From an uncultured Planctomycetota bacterium (GTDB lineage Bacteria > Planctomycetota > Planctomycetia > Isosphaerales > Isosphaeraceae), in assembly GCA_963845755.1 (NCBI GenBank), contig CAWJTV010000031.1:32001-96000 (forward strand): a stretch of DNA of 64,000 nucleotides, given 5' to 3'. The stretch's first letter is position 1. Each line of letters opens with the position of its first letter. Shown here piece after piece: positions 21,620-30,872 of the stretch. The notes under the pieces were generated by a model that searched no databases, was not told where the DNA came from, and saw only the letters and a program-made list of their open reading frames with translations. Position numbers and translations under genes: made by a program.

Positions 21620-23572
21620 ATGGCCACCCGCCTTGGCCCGTCGTGGCTGAATCAGGTCCAGCGATTGGCTGGTCCAACCTACACCGGCCGGTTCAGCCGT
21701 TTCGCCGTGCTGGTCGACCGCATCAATGCACTGGAGTTAACGCTCGAGAAATGCACTGACGAGGAGCTGAAGGCGCGGGCTCACGCCCTGCGATTGAGGG
21801 CTCGTCAGGGAGATTCGCTCAATAGCTTGCTGGTGGACGCCTTCGCGATGGTTCGCGAGGCCGCCAAGCGGACGATCGGCCAGCGCCACTTCGATGTGCA
21901 GATCCTCGGCGGGATCGCGATCCACAACCGTTGCATCTCCGAACTGGAGACTGGCGAAGGGAAGACGCTGGTCGCCACGATGCCGGTTTTCCTCAACGCC
22001 TTGCCGGGTAAAGGCGTGCACGTCGTGACGGTAAATGACTACCTCGCTCGTCGCGATGCCGAATGGATGACGCCGATCTATCAGTTGCTCGGTTTGACGG
22101 TTGGCTGCATCCAGACGGGCCAATCGGACAGTTCGCGCCGGGACGCCTATGCCTGCGACATCACTTATGGCACGGCCAAGGAGCTGGGGTTCGATTTCCT
22201 GCGAGACGAACTTAAGCGGCTCAAGATGGGCGGGGATGCCCATCGCAAGACGTTCGAGCAGGTTTATCTGGGCCGGGGAGACCAGGTCGACTCCGAAAAG
22301 CCGGTGCAACGCACGCATTACTTTGGGGTTGTGGACGAAGCGGACAGCATCCTGATCGACGAGGCTCGAACCCCGCTGATCATCGGTGCCAATAACCAGC
22401 CCACCCAGGAGGAAGCCGCGGCGTATTACGGAGCCGATCAACTTGCCGCAACCCTCGTCCGAGTCAAAGATTACAAATACGAGCCGCTGGAACGGAAGGC
22501 CGAGTTGACCGCCGCGGGCCGACGCAAGGTCCAGGCGGTGGCGGCGCACTCCGCCTTCGTCACGCTCACCGTGGACGGTCTTTATGAGTATGTGGAGCGT
22601 GCGCTCCGCGGCCAGATTGCTTATCTCCGTGACCGGGACTACGTAGTGGTTGATGGCGAGGTGGTCATTGTCGACGAATTCACCGGTCGAATGATGCCGG
22701 GCCGGCAGTGGCAGGATGGCCTTCACCAGGCGATCCAGGCCAAGGAAAAACTGGAGATCACCCTGGAAACGATCACGGCCGCACGGGTCACGGTCCAGGA
22801 CTTCTTCAAGCGCTACGCGAAACTGGCCGGCATGACCGGCACGGCTTCATCCGATGCGGCCGAGCTGCGGCGGATCTACAAGGTCGGCGTCTTCAAGGTC
22901 CCGACCAACCGGCCCGGACGCCGGGTCTGGCTATCCGACCGCGTCTTCTCGACCGAGGAGGAGAAGTTCCGGGCGGTCGCCGACCAGATCATCGAATGGA
23001 ACAAGCAGGGCGCCCCGGTCCTGGTGGGAACGCGGTCGATCGAGAAGTCGGAAAAGCTCAGTGCCTTGCTTTCGACCGCGGGCATAGAGCACCAGATCCT
23101 CAACGCTAAGAACCATGAGATCGAGGCCCAGATCGTCGCCCAGGCCGGTCAGAAGGGCAAGGTCACAGTGGCCACGAACATGGCCGGTCGCGGGACGGAC
23201 ATCAAGCTCGGCGAGGGGGTCGCCGGGGTGAGCGGACTGCACGTCATCGGTACCGAGCGTCACGAGGCGCGCCGGATCGACCGCCAGCTCTCCGGGCGTT
23301 GCGCGCGGCAGGGTGACCCGGGAATGGCCCAGTTCTTCGTCTGTCTCGATGACGAGATCGTCGAAACGTTCGGCGAGAAGCCCGCCGCAAGAATTCGTAG
23401 GCGATACAAGGACAGCGGTGAGCTGACCAGCTTACAATGGCGACGGTTCTTCGTGAGGGCCCAGCGGAAGAAGGAACGGCAGCACTTCCGTGATCGCAAG
23501 CTCCTGATGCACTACGAGAAACAGCGGGCCGAGATGCGTAAGAACATGGGATTGAACCCTGTGCTCGGTTGA
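21620..23572 (+). CDS. secA: Short SecA paralog (DEAD motor domains; C-terminal wing/scaffold largely absent)
   Basis: ELETGEGKTL, VTVNDYLARRD, VDEADSILIDEARTPLII, IVDEFTGR, GMTGTA, ATNMAGRGTDI and RRIDRQLSGRCARQGDPG; only 650 aa. Confidence 0.9.
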   Translation: MATRLGPSWLNQVQRLAGPTYTGRFSRFAVLVDRINALELTLEKCTDEELKARAHALRLRARQGDSLNSLLVDAFAMVREAAKRTIGQRHFDVQILGGIAIHNRCISELETGEGKTLVATMPVFLNALPGKGVHVVTVNDYLARRDAEWMTPIYQLLGLTVGCIQTGQSDSSRRDAYACDITYGTAKELGFDFLRDELKRLKMGGDAHRKTFEQVYLGRGDQVDSEKPVQRTHYFGVVDEADSILIDEARTPLIIGANNQPTQEEAAAYYGADQLAATLVRVKDYKYEPLERKAELTAAGRRKVQAVAAHSAFVTLTVDGLYEYVERALRGQIAYLRDRDYVVVDGEVVIVDEFTGRMMPGRQWQDGLHQAIQAKEKLEITLETITAARVTVQDFFKRYAKLAGMTGTASSDAAELRRIYKVGVFKVPTNRPGRRVWLSDRVFSTEEEKFRAVADQIIEWNKQGAPVLVGTRSIEKSEKLSALLSTAGIEHQILNAKNHEIEAQIVAQAGQKGKVTVATNMAGRGTDIKLGEGVAGVSGLHVIGTERHEARRIDRQLSGRCARQGDPGMAQFFVCLDDEIVETFGEKPAARIRRRYKDSGELTSLQWRRFFVRAQRKKERQHFRDRKLLMHYEKQRAEMRKNMGLNPVLG

Positions 23573-23588
23573 GCGTGGCGATCGGCGT

Positions 23589-24596
23589 TCACTTTCGCAG
23601 GAGTCGCTTCCCGTGGCGGCGGACGGCTTGATCGAGCGCGTCGATCGCACCCAACCGGCTCTCGGCATACGCGATCCGGTCTTTCGAATCCCCCGGTTTC
23701 GGCACCGCCGCCAGGTACGTCTGGAACTTCCGGATCTGCTCTCCCTGCAAGAGGTAATGCACCAGAAGCCATGATTCGGCGTAGGCCAGTTGACCGGTTG
23801 TCGGCTGGTCGAACAGGTTGTCTTTCGTCAGCAGGTCGCTGAGGGGAATCCAACCGCCATTCCTCAACACCTCGAGCCTGACGCGGTTGATGCCACCAAA
23901 CGCTTTCGCGTTTCCCGCCTTCCCGTTGGCGGGCGGCGTCCAGAGCTCGCCGTAAGTTGCCAGGCCCTCACTGATGGTGCGCGGGACATCGGCTGTCCGC
24001 GAAAGCAACCCCGTGTTGAAGCAGATGAGGTGGATGGTCTCATGGACCAAGGCGAACGTGTTGACTCGCACCGCCTGCGCATTCAAACTCGCCTGGGAGT
24101 CCCTCAGATCGAACATCATGAGTTGATTGCTGTCCAGCTCGTACTGGCCCGCTACCACTTCGTCGGGATTGTCCTGGATGTAGGCGTTGAACGAATCGGC
24201 GTTCTTGAGCGTGACCACGGTCATGCGATCTTCCGGATACGCCACCGCGAAGCCGCGTCTCCGGAAATAGGCAAGAAAGTCCTTCCCGAGCGCCTCACAG
24301 ATCTTGTCAAGCGCCTCCTGCTGAAACCGTGACGGCGCATCGCCCAGGGCCAGGAAGTGGGCACTGCGCCGTTCTCCAAAGGCTCCGAGCCCCACCTTCT
24401 TCGCTCGGAGCTGAACCTGCACGACGACCTCTTGCTCCGCCTTCTTCGCTTTCGGCGGGGCTTGCGCCCACACCGTCATCGTCAGGCCGGTGAGCACCAA
24501 GGCGGTAACGCACAGCCAACGGCGACGAGACCAAGTTGACGAACCACGTTGACTCGAATCGATCGTGACGACAGACTGGCGATCGTGGAGATCCAT
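23589..24596 (-). CDS. DUF1570 domain protein (HExxH metallopeptidase-like)
   Basis: LVHETIHLICFNTGLL, ISEGLATYGE, YAESWLLVHYLL and a signal/TM segment. Confidence 0.8.
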   Translation of the reverse strand: MDLHDRQSVVTIDSSQRGSSTWSRRRWLCVTALVLTGLTMTVWAQAPPKAKKAEQEVVVQVQLRAKKVGLGAFGERRSAHFLALGDAPSRFQQEALDKICEALGKDFLAYFRRRGFAVAYPEDRMTVVTLKNADSFNAYIQDNPDEVVAGQYELDSNQLMMFDLRDSQASLNAQAVRVNTFALVHETIHLICFNTGLLSRTADVPRTISEGLATYGELWTPPANGKAGNAKAFGGINRVRLEVLRNGGWIPLSDLLTKDNLFDQPTTGQLAYAESWLLVHYLLQGEQIRKFQTYLAAVPKPGDSKDRIAYAESRLGAIDALDQAVRRHGKRLLRK

Positions 24597-24869
24597 CGGT
24601 CATCCTCCGAGGCCGGCACGCGGTTTGTAGGAGAAGTGGAGTGTGTCCTCCGAATCCATTCTGGCATCGGACCCGCGGGAATCGCCAGAGAGGTCTCGGT
24701 CGACCTCCTGCGTTCATCCCACCGCAACGCGAGACCCGGCTGCCGTTGACTGGCTCGGCTGGAGCGACGGGGAGCGATGCAATACCGCCACATTGTCTTC
24801 CCAGTTTCAGCAAGCTAACTTGAAGGTTCGCCCGATCTTTGCGACCCACCCCCGACAAGGAGCCCACTC

Positions 24870-25562
24870 ATGAGGACGCTCGCGTCGGCCTTCCTGCTCG
24901 TTGAGTTCCTGGGTTTCGCGACCTTAGCTTCCCAGGCGCAAACAGAATCCACGAAGTCCTGGCGCCATCTCTTCGATGGCAAGAACCTCGATGGATGGGA
25001 ACATATCGGGCCTGGAAAGATGGTGCTGGAGAATGGAATGATTCGCACGGAAGGGGGCATGGGACTGCTCTGGTACACCAAGGAGAAGTTCGGAGATTGT
25101 GTGATTCGCGTCGTCTACAAGGTGACCAGCAAGGATTCGAATTCGGGCATCTACGTCCGAATTGCCGACAAGCCGAAGGACCCTTGGTTCGCGGTCCATC
25201 ACGGGTTTGAGGTGCAGATCTGCGATGCGGAAGACGAGTACCACGGCACGGGCGCCATCTATTCGCTCTCGAAATCGGTCGCGCGGCCGGTCAAGACGGA
25301 CGGTGAATGGAACACGATGGACATCACCCTTAAAGGCCAGCAGATCCTCATCTTGCTCAATGGCGGGCAGGTGAATGACTTCGATGCCGAGAAGTCGCAA
25401 GTCCCGAAACGGGTCAAGGACTATGAACCGGAGCGCGGCCCGCGTCCCACGTCCGGCTACATCGGCTTGCAGAACCATGGCGATGTGACCGGAGATTCCC
25501 AGGTGTACTTCAAGGAAGTGAGCGTCCGACCCCTGACTCCGCTCGACACGCCGAAGCGATAA
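24870..25562 (+). CDS. DUF1080 / 3-keto-disaccharide hydrolase family protein
   Basis: LFDGKNLDGW, NSGIYVR, FEVQI, TGAIY, GEWN and GYIGLQNHG; signal peptide. Confidence 0.9.
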   Translation: MRTLASAFLLVEFLGFATLASQAQTESTKSWRHLFDGKNLDGWEHIGPGKMVLENGMIRTEGGMGLLWYTKEKFGDCVIRVVYKVTSKDSNSGIYVRIADKPKDPWFAVHHGFEVQICDAEDEYHGTGAIYSLSKSVARPVKTDGEWNTMDITLKGQQILILLNGGQVNDFDAEKSQVPKRVKDYEPERGPRPTSGYIGLQNHGDVTGDSQVYFKEVSVRPLTPLDTPKR

Positions 25563-25667
25563 CGACCCCGTCGGGAGGCACGATTGACCAAGGCACCCGG
25601 AACCCGTAGAGTAAATCGACCGGGACAGGACCGCATCACTTCCTGCGAATTCGCGTGGTGAACCTTG

Positions 25668-26659
25668 ATGAGTGCCGTGTACGGACCCTCACCATTTTAC
25701 CTCGGGATCGACCTCGGCGGCACGAACATCAAGAGCGGCGTGGTGGACGATGATGGCCAGGTGCTGTCCGCGATCAGCATCGAAACCGAGGCCGATCGCG
25801 GCCCGGTTGTGGGTCTCGAGAATCTGGCCGAAGCGGGTCGCCGCGCCGTCGAATCGAGCGGATTGACGTGGGACCAGATCGCTGGGGTCGGGCTCGGCTC
25901 CCCAGGAACCATGGATCTGGTCGCGGGGTTGTTGCTGGATCCGCCCAATTTACCCGGCTGGGACAATCTGCCGATCCGACAACTCCTCGGGGACCGGCTC
26001 AAGAAGCCGACGGTGCTCCAGAACGATGGGAATGCCGCAGCCTACGGCGAGTACTGGACCGGTGCCGGTCGCGGGGCTCAAAGCCTGGTAATGTTCACGT
26101 TGGGAACCGGAATCGGCGGCGGGATCGTGATCGACGGCCTGATCATGGAGGGGCGCCATAGCCATGGAGCCGAGTGCGGCCACATCATCGTCCAGATGGA
26201 GAACGCCCGTCAGTGCTCCTGCGGCGCCTATGGTCACCTGGAGGGCTATGCCTCGGCGACCGCGCTGGTCAAGCGCGCGCCTCGAGGCCCTGGAGCAGGA
26301 CAAGGATCCCGAGCCGGCTCCGCGCACTCGACGCGGAGACGATGACCAGTCGAGCGATCTCCGAGGCCGCCGCGGCGGGCGACGCCCTGGCACGGCGGCT
26401 GATGCGCGAGACCGCCTATTTCCTGGCCGTCGGAGCGGTCTCGATGATGCATACGATCGATCCGGACCTCGTCCTATTCGGCGGTGGGATGATCCAGGCG
26501 GGCGATTCGCTCCTCGAGGATATCCGCCAGGACGTCCGGCGGATGGCCTTCCCGATACCGGCCGCGAAGACGCGCATCGAGTTCGCGAAACTCGGAGGAG
26601 AAGCCGGGTTCGTCGGCGCCGCCGGATGGGCCCGGACGGTGCTCAATCGGCCTTCTTGA
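25668..26659 (+). CDS. ROK-family sugar kinase (glucokinase-like); frameshift at about 26278
   Basis: GIDLGGTNIK, GLGSPG, LQNDGNAAAYGE, TLGTGIGGG and ECGH...CSCG..GHLE; the C-terminus LFGGG...AGFVGAA is in the other frame. Confidence 0.9.
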
Positions 26660-27158
26660 CCGCGGCGGCCTTTTTCTTTTGGGCCGCCTTCTTGTTCTTC
26701 CCCGCGGCTTTTGCCTTCGGTTGGGCACCTCCCAGGAACTCTTCCTGGGTCAAGTATCCATCGACGTTCTTGTCGAGTTGGTCGAACCGTGCCTTCGGTC
26801 CCGTGAACTCGTCGCGATTGACTTTACCATCGCGATCCTTATCCATCGCCTGGAACCGCTCGAACGCCTTCTTCTTGGCATGATCGGAAAACTCCTTGAG
26901 CTCCACCAGCACGCTCCGGAATTCGTCCGACTCCAGCTTGCCGTTGTGATTGGCATCTCCCTGTTTCAGGAGGCGTTCGAATGCAGGTTGCGCCTTGGCC
27001 GGCACTTCCTCCTTGTCGATGGCCCCATTCTGGTTCGCATCGAGCTCGACGAATAGCTCGCGCGGCTGAAACCCCAGTCCCGGTGCTTGTGCAAGTCCCA
27101 CTCCCACCAAAGCCCCCGCCGTGAACAGTGCGATCCCACCTCGAAAGAACGAACTCAT
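26643..27158 (-). CDS. Secreted EF-hand domain protein with a Lys-rich tail
   Basis: Four loops: DANQNGAIDKEE, DANHNGKLESDE, DKDRDGKVNRDE, DKNVDGYLTQEE; signal peptide. Confidence 0.85.
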   Translation of the reverse strand: MSSFFRGGIALFTAGALVGVGLAQAPGLGFQPRELFVELDANQNGAIDKEEVPAKAQPAFERLLKQGDANHNGKLESDEFRSVLVELKEFSDHAKKKAFERFQAMDKDRDGKVNRDEFTGPKARFDQLDKNVDGYLTQEEFLGGAQPKAKAAGKNKKAAQKKKAAAVKKAD

Positions 27159-27400
27159 GACGCGATCTCCGGGATGACTCGCTACTCCCAGTCCCAGGGG
27201 ATTCAACCCCAGACCTCTCCGAAAGTGTCTGAGGGCTCCGAGGTCATGGCCTGACACACCCCTCACCGGGGCGATGCCCTCTGCGTATCCCTGAATTATA
27301 CGCATTCCTCCGTTCGGATTCGGACAGGGAATCCCAAGGCCGGTTTCGCCGTCCCCTCTACCCGACGCGACGGGCCAGGCTACCCCCTTCCTTTCTCCCC

Positions 27401-27442
27401 TTGACGCGGCTAGACTCTTCGCTACCCTGCAATGCATAGTAG
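27401..27442 (+). promoter_or_regulatory. Sigma70-like promoter with an overlapping palindrome (likely PadR auto-operator)
   Basis: TTGACG at 27401 and TACCCT at 27423; imperfect palindrome CTACCCTGCAATGCATAGTAG at 27422-27442. Confidence 0.55.
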
Positions 27443-27462
27443 TCATGGCGGCGAGGACATCG

Positions 27463-27795
27463 ATGAGTCCCTGGGAGACGCAGATCCGGAAGGGCCTGGT
27501 CGAGCTGGCCGTGCTGGCCACGATCGCGAAGCGGGAGTCCTACGGTTATCGCATCGTGGAGGAACTGGGACGACTCGAGGGGCTGGAACTCACAGAGAGC
27601 ACGGTGTACCCCGTACTGACGCGACTGGCGCGCGAGGGCTTCCTGGCGATCCGAGCCGAGCCCTCGCCGGCGGGTCCGATGAGGCGGTATTATCGCCTGA
27701 CCGCCGACGGAGAGCGGCGCTTTCGCCGGATGTCGGAAGGCTGGAGGACGATTTCCCGATCCCTTTCCGGGTTACTCGAAGGAGCGCAACAATGA
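27463..27795 (+). CDS. PadR-family transcriptional regulator
   Basis: QIRKGLVELAVL, SYGYRI, ESTVYPVLTRL and RRYYRLTADG. Confidence 0.92.
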   Translation: MSPWETQIRKGLVELAVLATIAKRESYGYRIVEELGRLEGLELTESTVYPVLTRLAREGFLAIRAEPSPAGPMRRYYRLTADGERRFRRMSEGWRTISRSLSGLLEGAQQ

Positions 27796-28403
27796 TCACG
27801 ACTGCCGCAGTTGAGATTTCCGGCCCCGTGCAGGCGCTGGTAGATTCCCGGCTCGACACGATCGATCGGCTGCTGATGGGACGCATGCCCCGGCAGGACC
27901 GTCTGGCGATCGTCCGGGAGGTGGAAGCCCAGATCTTCGAGCAGCTCCAGGAGCGTGAGGGCGAGGACCTTACGCGCGAGGACGTGTTGGCAGTGCTGAC
28001 GCGGTTGGACCCGCCCGAAGCCTACTTGCCCGAGGAGGCGGGAGACGCGATTTCGGTCTCGACGCGACGATCCTTAGGGCCACGCGCCGTCCGACCGGTT
28101 CGCACGGGAGATCCCAGGCTCGCGAAGCTCAGCGGCATCCTTGGCCTGGTGGTCACGGCGCTAATCTTGCTCAGCCCCGCGGAATGGATGATTGGGGCCC
28201 TGTTCCAGTCGAATACGCTTATCGTGACCCTTTGGGTCGGGACCATTTTCTTGGTCTTCGTGGGAGGGATCCTGTCCGTTACGCTGGGTATCGCCTCGCG
28301 CATGGGTAGCGCATGGGCCGTCGCCGGGATTCTGACAGGTAGCTTCTCCCTCATCATCGCACTCATCGTAGGACTTCTCTTGCTTCTCGAGCTTCGTGGA
28401 TAG
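27792..28403 (+). CDS. PadR-associated membrane protein (HAAS/DUF1700-like N-terminus, 3 TM)
   Basis: ATGA overlap with padR; IVREVEAQIFEQL...VLTRLDPPEAY; hydrophobic C-terminus. Confidence 0.75.
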   Translation: MITTAAVEISGPVQALVDSRLDTIDRLLMGRMPRQDRLAIVREVEAQIFEQLQEREGEDLTREDVLAVLTRLDPPEAYLPEEAGDAISVSTRRSLGPRAVRPVRTGDPRLAKLSGILGLVVTALILLSPAEWMIGALFQSNTLIVTLWVGTIFLVFVGGILSVTLGIASRMGSAWAVAGILTGSFSLIIALIVGLLLLLELRG

Positions 28404-28453
28404 TGATCTTCGAGCCTTCCTGTCACGTCCTAGGTTTCGGTGGAGCACGATTG

Positions 28454-29362
28454 ATGCCCCTGGAAGCGATCGGCCCGATGATCCGGCGCGCCCTGGAGGG
28501 AAAGTACGCCGTCGGCTACTTCGAGAGCTGGAACCTCGAGTCTCTACAAGGGGTCGTGGACGCGGCCGAGGAAACGCGGTCTCCGGTGATCCTGGGCTTC
28601 AACGGCGACTTCCTGAGCCGGTCGACGCGGCTGGCCGCCGAGCGCTTGAGCTGGTACGCCGCGCTGGGCCGGGCCGCGGCCGAATCGGCCTCAGTCCCCT
28701 GCGGCTTGATCTTCAACGAATGCCCGCGCGACGATTGGGTCCGCGCGGCGGTCGAGGCGGGCTTCAACCTGGTCATGCTGGCCGATCCCGAGGCACGTTT
28801 GGAGGACTACACCCGGCGAGTTGCCGAGTTCACTCGGCTGGCGCATGCGCGAGGCGTCGCCGTGGAGGCCGAGCTTGGCGAGCTGCCGAACGGTACGAGT
28901 GGCGGGGCTCCGCTCGGTGGCCATGCGACCGATCAGGTCGCGGCGGCCGAGTTTGTCGCATCGACTGGGATTGACCTCCTGGCCGTCAGCGTGGGGAACG
29001 TCCATATCCTCACGGAGGGTCAGCGCGGCCTGGACCTGAACCGACTAGCCGAGATTCGCCGGCGCGTCGACGTCCCGTTGGTCCTCCACGGCGGTACGGG
29101 AATCGCGGCGGATGCCTTGCGCCAGGCCATCACTCTGGGGATCGCCAAAGTCAACTTCGGGACCTATCTCAAGCAACGCTACATCGAGGTGGTCCGTGCG
29201 GCACTCGGCCGGAACACGCCCGATCCTCACCATCTGCTCGGAATCGGAGGGCCGGAGGATGCCCTTGTCGCCGGACGCCGTGCCGTCCGCGATGCTGTGC
29301 TCGAACGTATCGGCCTGCTCGGCTGTTGCGGGAAGGCGGCCAATGCCGCTGGAGGTCGTTAA
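28454..29362 (+). CDS. Class II fructose/tagatose-bisphosphate aldolase family protein with an atypical active site
   Basis: AAEETRSPVIL, VEAELG, LAVSVGNVH, PLVLHGGTG and KVNFGT; the HLDH motif is replaced by IFNE. Confidence 0.85.
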   Translation: MPLEAIGPMIRRALEGKYAVGYFESWNLESLQGVVDAAEETRSPVILGFNGDFLSRSTRLAAERLSWYAALGRAAAESASVPCGLIFNECPRDDWVRAAVEAGFNLVMLADPEARLEDYTRRVAEFTRLAHARGVAVEAELGELPNGTSGGAPLGGHATDQVAAAEFVASTGIDLLAVSVGNVHILTEGQRGLDLNRLAEIRRRVDVPLVLHGGTGIAADALRQAITLGIAKVNFGTYLKQRYIEVVRAALGRNTPDPHHLLGIGGPEDALVAGRRAVRDAVLERIGLLGCCGKAANAAGGR

Positions 29363-30783
29363 TGGATGTGGTGATGCGAATGCCGGACCTCTCAACTGTC
29401 GACGACATGGTCAAGGTGGTGCGCTGGCTGGCCAAGGTCGGCCAGGTGGTCCGGCGTGGGACGCCTCTGCTGGAAGTGGAGACCGATAAGGCGATCCTAG
29501 TGGTAGAGTCGGCCGTGACGGGGACGCTCCGCGATTTGACAGTCGCAGCAGGCGCGGAAGTGGCTCCGGGGCAGCCGATTGCGACGTTCGACACGGTGGG
29601 TGCCAGTCCGTCGCCCGCTTCGGGCGACACGCCGATGCTCGACGATTCCCGAGAGCCAATGACGGGCGCCGCCGGGATCACGCCGGCTCGCTCGGAACTG
29701 GGTGCCGTCCAGACCGGTCCGGCAATCGAGGCGCCGCCCGTCGACGAGCGGCGTTCCTTCTTTGCCCGGAACCGCCGGACCAGGGAACTTGCGTCGTCGC
29801 CTTCCGATAGGGGAGCCATGTGCGCGGAGTATCCGCGCGAATTCCTGATGGACCTTTACCGGCGCATGCTCTTGATCCGCGAGTTCGAGGAGGGTGTGAA
29901 GTTCCTCTTCCTGGAAGGCTCGATGCCCGGGACGATCCACCAGTGTCAGGGACAAGAGGCGACGGCCGTCGGGGTCTGTGCGGCGCTGGAAGACGGGGAT
30001 TTCATCACGTCCACCTTCCGCGGCCACGGGCATGCTCTGGCGAAAGGGCTCACGCCCGAAGAGGTGCTATTCGAGCTTTTCGGCGCGGTCACGGGCTGCT
30101 GTCGCGGCAAGGGCGGTTCGATGCACGTGGGCAACATGGCCAGAGGAATGGTTCCGGGGATCGCGATCGTGGGCGGAGGCGTCCCGCTGGCGACCGGGAT
30201 GGCCCTGACCTTCAAGATGCGAAAGCAGCGCCAGGTTGTCGCCTGCTTCTTCGGCGACGGGGCGATCGCGGAAGGGGCGTTCCACGAAGGAGTCAACCTG
30301 GCGGCGATCTGGGACCTGCCGGCGATCTTCGTCTGCGAGAATAACCTGTATGGTGCCTCGACGCGGGTCGATCGCGTCATGAGGAACCCTCAGATCGCGG
30401 AACGCGCGGCGACCTACGGCATTCGGGGTAAGACCGTTGACGGCAACGACGTCCTGGCAGTCTACGAGGCGGCACGCTCGGCGGCGGCCGACTGCCGGGC
30501 CGGTCGCGGACCGGTTTTGCTCGAGCTGCTCACTTACCGGCGCACCGGCCATTCCCGTCGTGACGCCTGTAACTATCAGCCTAAGGACGAACGGGAAGAG
30601 TGGCTCCGTCGTGACCCGATCGAGCGACTGGGCCAATTGCTGCGGGATCGTGGTCTAGCCGATACAGAAGAGCTCGAACGGATCCGGTCGGATGTCCAGG
30701 CACGGTTCGAGGCCGCCGTCGAGGCCGCCCGCCGCCAGCCCTCGCCAACGCTCAATGATCTGGCGACGGATGTCCTCGCCTGA
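29362..30783 (+). CDS. Lipoyl domain plus TPP-dependent dehydrogenase E1 alpha (fused as read; possibly two genes)
   Basis: EVETDKA lipoyl motif; GQEA, RGHGH, GKGGSMH, FFGDGA...ENNLY and TYRRTGHS; internal RBS plus ATG at 29818. Confidence 0.85.
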   Translation: MDVVMRMPDLSTVDDMVKVVRWLAKVGQVVRRGTPLLEVETDKAILVVESAVTGTLRDLTVAAGAEVAPGQPIATFDTVGASPSPASGDTPMLDDSREPMTGAAGITPARSELGAVQTGPAIEAPPVDERRSFFARNRRTRELASSPSDRGAMCAEYPREFLMDLYRRMLLIREFEEGVKFLFLEGSMPGTIHQCQGQEATAVGVCAALEDGDFITSTFRGHGHALAKGLTPEEVLFELFGAVTGCCRGKGGSMHVGNMARGMVPGIAIVGGGVPLATGMALTFKMRKQRQVVACFFGDGAIAEGAFHEGVNLAAIWDLPAIFVCENNLYGASTRVDRVMRNPQIAERAATYGIRGKTVDGNDVLAVYEAARSAAADCRAGRGPVLLELLTYRRTGHSRRDACNYQPKDEREEWLRRDPIERLGQLLRDRGLADTEELERIRSDVQARFEAAVEAARRQPSPTLNDLATDVLA

Positions 30784-30872
30784 CATGCCACCGATCTGCC
30801 GATAAGATCGGGGCGGATTCTCTGGCCCGGTCATGAACTGCGAGCCCGCCTCGGGCAAGGAAAACCCGATTC

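Noticed and set aside
27160..27200. yybP-ykoY riboswitch (GGGAGTAGC on the minus strand)
   Set aside because: Only the short 5' motif matches, and there is no room for the rest before the start codon.
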